From positions 52,576,001 to 52,640,000 of the forward strand of contig OX597814.1 in assembly GCA_951406725.2 (NCBI GenBank): DNA of 64,000 nucleotides, written 5' to 3'. The stretch's first letter is position 1. Every line of letters begins with the position of its first letter. Shown one piece after another: positions 40,243-51,991 of the stretch. Made by a program: the position numbers and the translations under genes. The notes under the pieces were generated by a model. The model was not told the DNA's origin and made no database searches. It saw only the letters and a list, made by a program, of their open reading frames with translations. The stretch is from Octopus vulgaris (lineage: Eukaryota).

Positions 40243-40530
40243 AAGGCACATGACTGAGTGGTTAGAGCATCAGGTTTACAATTGTGGGGTTTTGAGTTTG
40301 ATTCCTGGACCAGGCTGTGTTGTGTTCTTGAGCAAGGTACTTTATTTCATATTGCTTCAATTCACTTGGCTGTAGAAATGAGTTGCAATGTTACTGGTGC
40401 CAAGCTGTACTGGCCTTTGCCTTTCTCTTGGACAATATTGGCGGTATAGAGAGGAGAGACTGGTATGCATAGGTGACTGTTGGTGTTTCACAAACCACCT
40501 TGCATAGACTTGTGCCTCAGAGGATAATTT
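40243..40530 (+). mobile_element. tRNA/CORE-like SINE (family C)
   Basis: tRNA head (gagtggttagagca..gagtttgattcc) and gtgttcttgagcaag CORE-like block; homologous copy at about 45595-45915. Confidence 0.7.
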
Positions 40531-41202
40531 CCTGAGCTGACAAAAGCTTTGTTAGTAGAGCTGGTGGACAGAAACTGAAAGAAGCCCATTATATAAGTGT
40601 GTGTGTATTTGTATGTCTTTGTCTTGACATCCTGTAATAATTGTAAATGAGTGTCACTGTCATACAAGTGGGGTCATTTGTTTTCCAGTCTACTATGGAA
40701 ACTTGTCTGGCTATAGAGAAATATTACTATGCTTGGAAACTGGTGAGGGTTGGTTCTAGAAAGGACACCTGACCATAGAAAATCTGTTTTAACAAATTCT
40801 GCTTGACTCTTGAAAGTATGGAAACATAGACACTACCCTCCCCCCTGCCACACACACACAGAGTACAGATAAAAAACAGACGTAAACTTATGTAAATGAA
40901 ACAACATTAGGTTAAAAATTTGTAATTTCTGACGTGGATATTTGTTTATGTTTATTTGTTATTTAATAGAGAGAGAAACAAGGCAATGATGTAAAGAATG
41001 AGTGTATTTTTATTTATTTTTTTTAAACGGCAAGTAATTCTATAGAAGTGTATTGTTTTGAAAAAATAGGGAGTAGTTTTTCTGAAACTTCTGACTTATG
41101 GCCTTGTTGTTTTCCGATAAGACAAGTAAACAATGTTACAGATACTGATTAGAGTAACAATTTTATTTTTTTTATAACACTTTTAATATAATAATGATAA
41201 TA

Positions 41203-41660
41203 TTGGTTTCAAATTCTGGCACAAGGCCAACAATTTTGGGGGAGTGGATATGTCAATTACATTGACCCCAGTGCTCAACTGGTGCTTATTTTATCAATCC
41301 CTGAAAAGATGAAAGACAAAGTCAACCTTGGCTGAATTTGAACTCAGAATGTAAAGGACAGATGAAATGCCGCTAAACATTTTGCCAGGTGTTCTAACAA
41401 TTCTGCCAGCTTGCTGCCATATAAAAGTAATAATATTGGTTTCAAATTCTAGCACAAGGCCAGCAAGTTTTAGGGAGTGGGTAAGTCACTTACATCACCC
41501 TGAGTGCTCAACTGGTACTTATTTTATTGACCCTGAAAGGAAAAAGGTAAAACCAACCCTGGCAGAATTTGAACTCAGAATATAAAAATGGACAAAATGC
41601 CACTAAGCATTTTGCCCAGCATGTTAATGATTCTGCCAGCTCACCACCTTATAAAAGTAA
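41203..41660 (-). mobile_element. Tandem pair of SINE copies (family D), unit about 234 bp
   Basis: ttggtttcaaattct.gcacaaggcc...gaatttgaactcagaat...ttctgccagct repeated at 41203 and 41437; relatives at 34499, 53155, 59490. Confidence 0.75.
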
Positions 41661-42867
41661 TAATATTAATTTAACATTGTCTGGAGTTTTATTGTATTTA
41701 AGGCTTTGAATTTTAGTATGGTAGTGATAAGTTGCAATATATTCAGATATTTTTGATTTATGCTCACTTTTAAATCAAAATAAAGGCATATCAAATAACC
41801 ATGAATAATAAAAAATTCTGTAAAGTATAAAACGGAAAATGAGTAGAATAAGATTCAAATTAAACTCAAGAAAAGAAATGGTAAATAAAATAGTGATATA
41901 TAAATTCTAAATGTAATTGGTGATGTAACACCTTATAAATGCCAATGGATTATTAGTCTTATTTTTCTAAAGAGTTATATGAGGAGAAGCAGCATCTGTA
42001 TACTTCGAGGGCTTTCTCAGACTGGCAAGATTGGAATTTTTGAGGTTCAGTTTAAACTGCCATAGTTTAAACTGGGTAGTGAAGTGATTTCAGGTAGCTG
42101 TAGTCCTGAGAATAAAAAAGTGAACAAAATATTTAGTTTGGGTAGAGGGACAATAGGGATGATGAGAGAAGAGGCAGGTACATCTGTTTGGAGTGAGGTG
42201 TTATGCAACAAGCTAGTTTGTAAGAACAGAAGCTATTGAAATAGTGGCTGAAGGGGTAGAGAAGAGAAATTGTATCTATCAATGAGTCAGTAGTTACAGT
42301 GTATTAATGAATCTTTATTAGGCCACTGTAATAACATTTATTTAGGATGCAGTTTAGGATCTTTGTGTATTATAGGCATAAACATGGCTTTCTCTTAGTG
42401 CTGTTTAATGTGACTGGATTGTTATGGTCCCATCAGATTTGCATTGATTCCATGAACAGCAATCCCACTTCTGGGATACATTGACTGTACATAACCTAGC
42501 CCTAAATTTAGCTTAATGCAATTAGTTAAGGCTGAGGATTCTCTAGCCAAATGATTATTATTCTTATTTTACTAATGAGTTATATGAGATGGCAAGATTG
42601 GAGTTTTTGAGGTTCAGTTTAAACTGCCATAGGTGAATACTTATAGGGAAAATGTGGGTAGTGAAGTGATTCCAGGGAGGTGTAGTCCCAAGAATAAAAG
42701 ACTGAACAAAATATTTAGTTTGGGTGGAGGGATAGGTACATCTGTTTGGAGTGAGGTGTTATGAAGCAATAAAAACATGTTTCTGAGTTTACAGTGTCTT
42801 ATGTAGCTCAACATTGCATCAGGCAAAACATAACGTCCACTAAATGATAAAGGACCAAGAAAAATTG

Positions 42868-43203
42868 TTATGTTTCAGGATGATCATTTTATTTTTTTCT
42901 TGCCAAATAAACACATGCACTATATATTTGTTCTTCACTTGTTTATTACTGTTCTTATTTTATCTTATGTCCATTGTCTGGAAATCTTTTGTCACACTTC
43001 TGTGACCTCTTCTATCCCACAAACAAAACAAGAGAATAAATATGGGATAGATGAGTCACTGAAGAGGTCACAGCTGAGTGATGCAAGATTTACAGTCAAT
43101 GGACATAAGAGAAAATAAGAGCAATAATAAACAAGTGAAAAATGAACATATAGTGTGTGTGTTTATTTGACAAGAAAGAAAAAATGACCAACCTGAAACA
43201 TAA
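42868..43203. repeat. About 150-bp-arm palindrome with hammerhead-like core (inverted PLE pLTRs)
   Basis: The arm ttatgtttcagg... matches ...cctgaaacataa. Right arm has ctgaaga-g-gtcaca (43059-43072); left arm keeps the stem gtcaca-cttc-tgtgac (42991-43006). Confidence 0.8.
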
Positions 43204-43537
43204 TATCTGTTTCAACATGATTTCAAATCAGGAATCTTGCAAAACAAAATTCATAAATGGAACAGGAGAAAATAAATTAAAAAGGGCAGGGGATTAAAGA
43301 AAAATTACGACTGAGAAAATAAGAGCCAAATAAATGTAAAAATTAAATTTACAAGGCATCCAATCTTTAACATGAAAGGAAGAGAGAAAGTTTATCATTG
43401 TGCTATACTAAGATTTGTTCAAAAGAGAGTTTATCCTGAGAAAGGCTGCATGTGCTAAAACAGCCTTTAATAAAGCTCTACAGTGCCCTCCCTACTTACA
43501 ATCTTAGATTCTCCCTGAAGCTTCTGTATGAATAAAC

Positions 43538-43866
43538 CAGAGGTTCTCAACTGGAGTGCATATGGCCCCTGGGGATCCATATAATATTTTGGGGAGTCCA
43601 TGCTAGCAAAATAGGAAATAGGGGAGCCACAGTAGAATTTTAATGTTGCACAAAAAGTTCTGATTTAAATGTGCATATTGTATGAAACAGCAAGAAACAT
43701 TTTATATAGTTTAACCTTCACAAGTGGATGAGTGAATAACAAAATAGGAATTTAGTGAGAAGTATATATAAAATTGTTTTTTAAACATCAAGTGGCTGTG
43801 GGGGGTCCATCAGAGTAAAATTGTAAACAAAGGGTTCCATACATAAAAAATGGTTGAGAACTACTG
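43538..43866. mobile_element. hAT MITE
   Basis: TIRs cagaggttctcaac and gttgagaactactg; 8-bp TSD gaataaac / gaatacac (7/8). Confidence 0.85.
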
Positions 43867-45098
43867 GAATACACAAAGCCACTGTTTTCTCTCTTTCTTA
43901 ATTTACTTCTAATTTTTTTCTATCTTTTATCACCTTTCTTCATGTTTGTTACTCTCCTTTTCTATTATAATTCTCTAATTTACTTCTCTTTAATTCTGGC
44001 ATTTCTTCTCTCCCTCTTCTTTTAATCCCACACTTACTCTAATCTCCTTGGCCTTAACTATCTCAAACATATCTTCTTCATTGTGGTAAATTACCATCCT
44101 AATTAGTGTCATATCTCTATGCTGTGGTCTGAAGTACCAGGAAATGTATGAATAAATCATTTACAAAGAGATAGGAGTGGAAAGCAAGAGGTTAGATAAG
44201 TTAGAATGATAGGAAAGTTGACACGAATTTAATAAATAATATTGTGTGTGTGTGTGCACCTTGCTGATGTGAATACCTCTTCGAAAATTCAAGAGAAAGA
44301 GGATAACTAAAGACAACTGATTCAAATCTTCAGCTTTTATATCCAGATTATAAATTTACATTTATATCTATAATTGTGCTCTTGGGTTTTGTTTGTGACA
44401 ATCTGAAAAAGCTAAGGTTTTCAGAAAAAGAAGTCAACTAGCAAACATGCACATTACAAATAAAGTCTATAAGCAGAACAGTAAAAATATGCAAAACTTT
44501 CCTCAAGGACAAAATGTGACATTGCTTATGTTATCTAGAGTTGAATGATGGAACTTTGTATCGTCATTAGAAACCAGTTCTTTCTTTTCAGGAAGATTTC
44601 AAATAATGACAATTAGTACAGAACACACACATACATGCATGCGCGCACATACACACACACACGGCACAAACATATATGTTTGAATGTTTGTATTGTGTGT
44701 ATATTTTAAAATTAGCTTCTCATGAAGCAGGACAGAATCATTTCATACATGTCCTCCCCACCCCACTCTTTACCTTACTCTCTTCAGACAAGTAAAAGTG
44801 TTGTAAGAAGGGAAATTTCTAGAAATGAAAGATTAGGTAAATTTGTATAGTTTGGTTTCTAGATGATAACAGATACTTTAAAAGAATTTAGATGTGAAAG
44901 GGGTTTTGTGAGAAAACATGGTCTGTTGCTAGACAAGTGTATTTAGTGGGTTAAAGATTGTTGAATTTTCTTTTTTAGATGAATATATCTATGAATATTT
45001 TTATGTATAGCAGCAACACTGGTCTAAAAGTATTGTAATCAAAAGCAGTCCTGTCTAAACAGCTTTTGTCAGTGAGTCTGGGGGAAAAGGTGTTTCTC

Positions 45099-45522
45099 AT
45101 CTCTCTCTATATAAACGACAGTTTGTCTGTCTGTGTGTCTGTCAGGTTGTACCCTCACTCTGACCACGGCTTTCAACCGATTCTGATGAAACTTGACACA
45201 CACATAGCCCAATGTCATAATTCAAAACTAACGCAGCGAAAATTTTGAAAAGTTCCCCCAGTTCTGAAAAAAATCGATAAATTCGACATGGGGTCGAGAA
45301 TCTAAGCTTTTTATATGCAACACATTTTCGGTCTAGGGGACACAACTCAACCTTTTTATCGGCTAAAGGGACAGCTAGGAACATCGTATACACAGAAATA
45401 TTCAAGTGAAGAGAAGACATTGCAACCTACACATGCGCCTTCGTTCCCTAGAGGGAAAGGACTAGATTGGGATTAGTCGTTGCCTACTAGGGGCTCTTAC
45501 ATACCCGGGCAACGCTGCTAGT
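45099..45522 (-). mobile_element. Non-autonomous Helitron/Helentron (HINE/DINE-like) element
   Basis: Near-identical inverted copy of 61400-61801; (GTCT)n subterminal repeat, terminal ACTAG and GC-rich hairpin remnant. Confidence 0.75.
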
Positions 45523-47080
45523 ATTTTATAAAAGCCTCCTCTAATCATGTGGGTGACAGGAATGAGAAAGAAACTGACTAATGATTATTGCATTGACTTG
45601 CTGAGTGATTAGAGCATTGGGCTCACAATCATTAGGTAGTGAGTTCAATTCCCAGACTGAATGCATGTTGTGTTTTTGAGCAAGACACTTTATTTCATGT
45701 TGCTCCAGTCCACTCAGCTATAGAAATGAGTTGTGACATCACTGGTATCAAGCTGTATTGGCCTTTGCCTTTCCCTTGGACAACATCGGTGGTTAGGTGA
45801 GAGGGGAGGCTGGTATGCATGGGTGACTGCTGGTCTTCCATAAACAACCATGCCCGGATTTGTGCCTTGTAAGGAACTTTCTAAGTGCAATACCATGGTC
45901 ATTCATGACTGAAGTGGGTATATTAATCATTATTCAGTTTTTAATCTCATTCATTCCTTATGTCAAGTGATTAAATCTCAATGGTTAAATTGCTATGATG
46001 CAGTGAGAAAGGTGACATAATTGCTATTGTTGTTTAGGCCTCGGCCTGCTCTGGTCTGGTAGACATATGACCATTTTCATCTTTCTTGTATTAGAGACTA
46101 AATTATATCTTTGTTTAAGACAGTAGGTTATATTTGAGGAATTTGGTTGCTATTTCTAACAGACATCAAGCAACTATATACAAGCTCTAATACATAAATC
46201 TACTTTTGATTACAGATCTCCCTTTTAACTTGCAGATCTGTCATTAAAGGTATTTCAGATTTCACCATCTATTCTTGATGTTGCAATCTTTTTAAAGCTA
46301 TAGTAATTAATTTCCAGCAACTATTTCTACTTCAATATAAGTAGCTATTACAGAGTAGACCAGTTCACTGCTGTTAGAAAGGATGCAATGAATCCTGAAT
46401 CTTTTCCATTATGGTTCCAGAGAAGACAGTCTGCTTAAAGAGTTTGCTTTACAGTCACGTGGTACCTTGGGCAAGTGTCTTTTACTATGGCTGTGAGTGA
46501 AATTTAGTGAATTGAGAATATACAGAAGCCTTTAAATGGACTGTGCTCATTCTTGGCTAATAGACTTAGTCTGTTGTTTGGTTTAACACCACCATCTGAC
46601 CCTTAGCTGTCTTTAGTGGAGTCCAGTCTATTGGAAGCAATTGAACAGGTCTCTGATCAGGTAACTGATTTTTTCCCTTTGTTTATACCTCAATCTTGGA
46701 AGCCAGGAAAAAAATGTTCACAGTTGTAGCCCTTTTATCTCCGACTAAGCTATAGATGAAAAAAAGTAGCATCATAAAACTGATGAATGTATCAGTAGCT
46801 TACTGATTAGAATAAACTTAAACTTTGGAAGAGTAAAAAAAAAAACTCCACTTTCAGTTGTCATTATTAAAACTAGAAAATAACTGGGATTTTATGACAT
46901 TAAAAAAATAATACAGAATACATACTTTATTTAAATTTTCAGCTGTACAAGTTGTCAAATAATAGGATTAAAAAATAGTTTTAAAAAAATGAATTTTGTG
47001 CAATTAATTCTGCTTTAAATGCAATTATTTGTTTTGAAATTTTTTTAATACTTTATTTTCATTAATATATATTTATTCAG

Positions 47081-48929
47081 GGTGACCAATATTGGTGAAG
47101 CAAGGTTGATATTTGTTTCTCCTCGAGCTGAACAAATTCTGGCCACAATCCGCACCAATATTTATATTGCAATGAAACAGAAAGACAATGATGGTTCTGC
47201 ATCTCCAACTGTAAGAAGTATTTCAGATTGGGAAACAATTTCTAATAGAGAATTACCATTTAATCAAAATTCTAAACCAGTGAGCTTGAGACGAGGAACA
47301 TCATATGATCCGAGTATGTTTGTCACTTTGAGGAGGAATACTCATGAAGAATATCAAGGATCCAAGATTCAAGATTTCTCCATACTTGCTAATCCTCCTC
47401 CTAAGCCTGCCAGATCTTGGTTGTATATTCCTAGTTCAGCTTCTTCAGTTGTCTCTGAGACAATATCATGTCCTGATAAAGTAGTGATGAATTGTGATAT
47501 CAACCGTGAATCTTTTAACCGACAGTGTATCTTTCGACACAGTGATTCAGAGTTACAACCTCACTTAAATGTCAACATTCCGCAGCAGTTAATAGATGAT
47601 CACATCAATGCAATTCAAGCCAAGACACCAACAGAAATGAAAGGGTCAATTTGCTCTAGGGACTCTGGGATTATGTGTGCATCTGAATTAGCATGTCAAG
47701 ACTCAGAAACTACTAGAGACTATCGTTGCCAAACATTTCGATCAAATTCAACAGACAGTGCCGTGTCTCTGCAGTATGAACGTCAAAAATCACAAACCCA
47801 AAACAAACTGTCTCTAAATAGTCCCATTCTAGAAAGAAGTTTAAAGTTGCCTTCAACTGCAGATTCTGTGGAAGTTCAGTCTGTTAGTAGCAATATTTAC
47901 TGGGATATTGATGCAGCTAATGCATCACAGGAAATAGTTCCCGATCTTAAAGAGAAAAAACAGTTTCTTTCACCTAAGGCACGATCAGAGTGGGATCTTT
48001 CCTGTAAAAAAATCAAAGAAGAAGATGAAAATGATAATCTGTCACAAAAGAGTAACCATGAGTATGAAGAGGTGAATTATGTAAGGGAAAGTTGGACAGA
48101 AGAGGAAGTCCAACCTCCAGCACTTCCTGAAAGACCAAAGACACTTCAGCTTAATTTGGACAAATTGCCACAGAAGTCCTCTGGAACTCTAATGGAAAAG
48201 ATTCAGGATTCATTGCACCAAATATCACCAAAGATAAAAAGAAGAATAAATGACAAACAACTATTGAGAACAAAGAATTTGAATAGTATTATTAATAATT
48301 TCCGGAAATTTTCTGAAGGGAATAAAGTAAATCCAGAAACTGGGACAATTCTCAGAGAATACAAGAAAGAATTCAAACGTCGTGATAGTGACATCATTGT
48401 AGATATTCAAAGAGAACAAACTATATCAGAATGGCGTGGCAACCGCATTCTGCATTCATTTTCTGCCTCAGATGCTTCACAGTTGTTTTGGAATGAAGAA
48501 GAGACAAAAGAAGGTGTTTTTGTTGTTGAACAAAAAATTCCTGAGAAGGAAACATTTCTAGCAAGAGATCCATTTGGTATGCTTCCTGAGAAAAAAATTA
48601 AGCAGTCAGAAGATATCGGAAAATCACGATGTTACAGTGAATGCTATGATACAGATTCTAATTCTGCTTCTAGTGATAATGACTCAGATTATGAGCTCAC
48701 ATTCCGTAGGCGGACAATGTCACTAGAAAGTAAACTTGGGCATCAGATAATTCGGAAGAAAGTCAAACAGTTGAAAAATGATAACTTTTTACGGAAAGCT
48801 CGGCCAAATATTGAAAAGGATACCCTTTTGTCATCCTCTGATACTCATTCCTCACAATATATTGATATGAGTGGTAATTCACTCTTGAAGAATGTAGCTG
48901 ACATAGAAGTAGAAAACAGGAAATCTTAA
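47081..48929 (+). CDS. Dok/IRS-family docking protein, terminal coding exon 4 (PTB end plus about 590-aa low-complexity signalling tail)
   Basis: Acceptor atttattCAG (47078-47080); TT+G gives Leu, then VTNIGEARLIFVSPRAEQILATIRTNI (PTB last strand and helix); open frame to TAA at 48929. Spliced CDS is 2454 nt = 817 aa. Confidence 0.92.
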
Positions 48930-49987
48930 AAAAGATTGAAGGAAATATATTCAAATAACAGAGTTGCTTCTATTTATTGCCTAACTACTGCAGCAACAAC
49001 ACATATTGGTTTCACTTGGTTAGGCACAAAAAGCTCTACATTTTTAGTAAGGAGAAATGAGACGTTTTAATATCTGTGTCTTTTGCAAGGGCACTAGCAG
49101 CCATAAGTGAAGTGAATTAACTTCAGCAGAGAACTGAAATCACATTGTGCTCTCAGCTGGTTGGTAGCTTAATGATTCCTTTATGATACTCCTTAAAAGC
49201 AAACAGAAAATTATATGATACCTATGTCATGAGGTATATAATATTTTAATGGCATAGGGATTATGTCTATATATAAGAAACATTGGCATGCCAAGTATTT
49301 CCGTGTCAAAAACAGAATCTGAGGAAACTGATGGTGCTCTGTGTTGGCAAAAATTAAAAAGTGAGGTTCATGGATTTAGACAAGTTCATATATCATGGGG
49401 AAAAGCATAATATGGTCTTTCAGAATTGACACTTTGCCTAGGAGTAAAGAAAAAAAAATTACAACTATAAAATTTCGTTTTTCTTTTAGATGAAGGTCAA
49501 CTTTGACACATCAGATTTCTCTTCTCTCTGTGGTATAAAAACTTACACAAAATAATGATTTTCTTGTCAGTATTACAAGTTTCTGATATACGACAAACAT
49601 TATATCTATGACAAATATCAAATGTACAACAAATATTTAAAACTTGACATGTATTTAAATATTTCGAAAAAAAATGAAAATATATTTTAAAATCTTAAAT
49701 TGTTTTTATAAAGAACACAAAATTATTAATCTTTTAATATTTTTATTCTAAAGACAATTCAGAACATTGTATACAAATTGCAATGGTTTGTTGCTGATGA
49801 GTATGATAGATATGACTATGATTATGATGACTAATGTTTCCTACTTTTTAGTTTGCAACCAATTAGGTGGCTTTTGTTTAACATGAAGCAGTATACTGAG
49901 TAAACAATATCAAATGATAAACTATTTTGATTCTTAAATATTGAATATAAATATTAAGATAATTGTATTTTAGGAATGAAGAGAAGA

Positions 49988-50071
49988 AATAAAATCTCTG
50001 AAAAACAAAGCAAAAAAAACTGTAAATAAATTTATATTTAAAATGCTAATTAGAAATTATTGCAAAATAAA
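49988..50071 (+). promoter_or_regulatory. Candidate polyadenylation signals for the Dok-like gene
   Basis: AATAAA at 49988, 50025 and 50066, at the end of about 1.1 kb of repeat-free AT-rich sequence after the stop. The hexamer is common in this AT-rich DNA. Confidence 0.3.
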
Positions 50072-51570
50072 ATATTTGATTTTTAGGATGAAATGACAAG
50101 AAATTTAATCTTTGTATGTATCTCCTTTTTAGAGAGGATGTAACTCTTTTTGTAGCGTTATCACAACTGACTTTGGAGCTGTTATTAAAACAGATTTTCA
50201 TTATTCAATCCCATTTTTTCCCCTACAGAGTAAATTCAATATCAATCAACTTATTTTAGCACAAATACATGTTGGTTATCTATTAGTAGGCAAAATAATG
50301 TTTACTGAATATTGTTTTAAGTACAGGCATGGCTAATGTGCTTTTGGGTTCAGTCCCACTGCTTAGTACCTTGAGTAAGTGCCTTCTAATATAGCCAACA
50401 AAAGCCTTGTAAGTAGATTTGGTAATCCACTTAGAAGCTTTTGGAAAATGGAAGAAGCCTGTGTGTGTGTGCGCGTGTGCACACCCTTGTCTTCACATCA
50501 TGTGATGGTTGCAAACAATCATCATCATCCATCATACAATCAATGTTGTTTGTTTCAAGTCTTCTGTGAAAAACATGCCTAGCGATAGGGATATATTAAC
50601 TTGCCTGGAAATAAGTCAGGGTTGGCAACAGGAAGGCATCTTGCTTTTGAGAATATGTCTCAACAAAACTGTCTGACCCATGCAAGTTTACATGCAAGTT
50701 TACACCATTAAATGGTGATGATGACAATGATGATGAGACCATCCAATATGCTTAAACAATGATATTAATTTAGGAATAAAAATACTTTTTTACTATTTTA
50801 AATCAGTTTTTCCTTAGTTGCATTTTTAAATGTGTTTAGCTGTGCAGTAGGTATGAAATGATTACTAAAAAGAAGAAAAAAAAAGGGAAAAGGACTACAA
50901 GCACGGATGTTTATTGTTAAGTTCTCTAGATAAGAGTGACGAAGTAAGTAGAGTTATGTACCTTGCCTTGTTGCATGTATTAAGTACATTTTTTTTTTTT
51001 TTGTAGCTTCAATGTTTCAGTCTTAATTAGGTTTGTTAAACTAGACTGCAGATAGCAGATTATGCTACTTTTCAGGTCTACCTGTTGTTGTTGTTGTTGT
51101 TGCTGCAGTTGTTGTTGAGAGCAGTATTCCTGCAGTTGATTTGGATGAGAATGGACTTCCTATCAACTTGGATGACATGAATGACGAAAACCGAGAGAAA
51201 GAAGAGGAAAAGATAAAGTTTGCTGTTGTTGTTGTTGTTAATTTGGGATTTTTCTACTTTAACATTTTTTAATTTTAAATCTTAAATTATCAACTAAGTA
51301 AATTATAACTTAATAATATCTGTCTGTTCTCTCTCTCTCTCTCTCCCCTTTGTGTGTGTGTATTATATATACATATATATTCTTTGTTCACTTCCCTCGC
51401 TTTCAACCTGTGCTAATGGGGTAAATAATGTAATTCTTAGAGCCGGTGTCTATTTCCAGCATGTGGTACTACTCATTAGTACCCTTATCATAATTATATT
51501 TATATCATTATATATTTTGTATTAATTGTTACCTATATGGTTTTATTACATGCTGGTTACTTGATAAAAT

Positions 51571-51624
<54 letters not shown>

Positions 51625-51964
51625 CATACATATCATCATCATCATTTAGCGTCCGCTTTCCATGCTAGCATGGGTTGAACGGTTCAACTGGGGTCTGTGA
51701 AGCCAGAAGGCTGCATCAGGCCCAGTCTGATCTGGCAGTGTTTCTATGGCTGGATGCCCTTCCTAACGCCAACCACTCCGTGAGTGTAGTGGGTGCTTTT
51801 TACGTGCCACCGGCACTGGTAACTCAGCTGCAATTTCCATTGATCGATATATATATATAGTTAATCCAAACATGAAAACACAAAGAGAGAACACAACAAT
51901 GCGAGGACGTGGAACAAATATAGTATTATTGGATGCTCAGGAAGGAAGAGAAGAAGGAGGGTTT

Positions 51965-51991
51965 AACGTTTCGAGCGGAGCTCTTCGTCAG
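51965..51991 (-). ncRNA. Best-preserved minimal hammerhead-ribozyme-like motif (PLE pLTR)
   Basis: Minus strand CUGACGA-A-GAGC-UCC-GCUC-GAAACGUU, inside a pLTR-like fragment at about 51860-52060 flanked by (TA)n. Confidence 0.65.

Noticed and set aside
44259-44292. Extra hammerhead candidate ctgatgt-gaa..ttc-gaaa
   Set aside because: Core mismatch and only a 3-bp stem; cannot be distinguished from chance.
47082-48929. 615-aa ORF as a stand-alone intronless gene
   Set aside because: Starts at GTG directly after a canonical acceptor and begins mid-PTB domain; it is the last exon.
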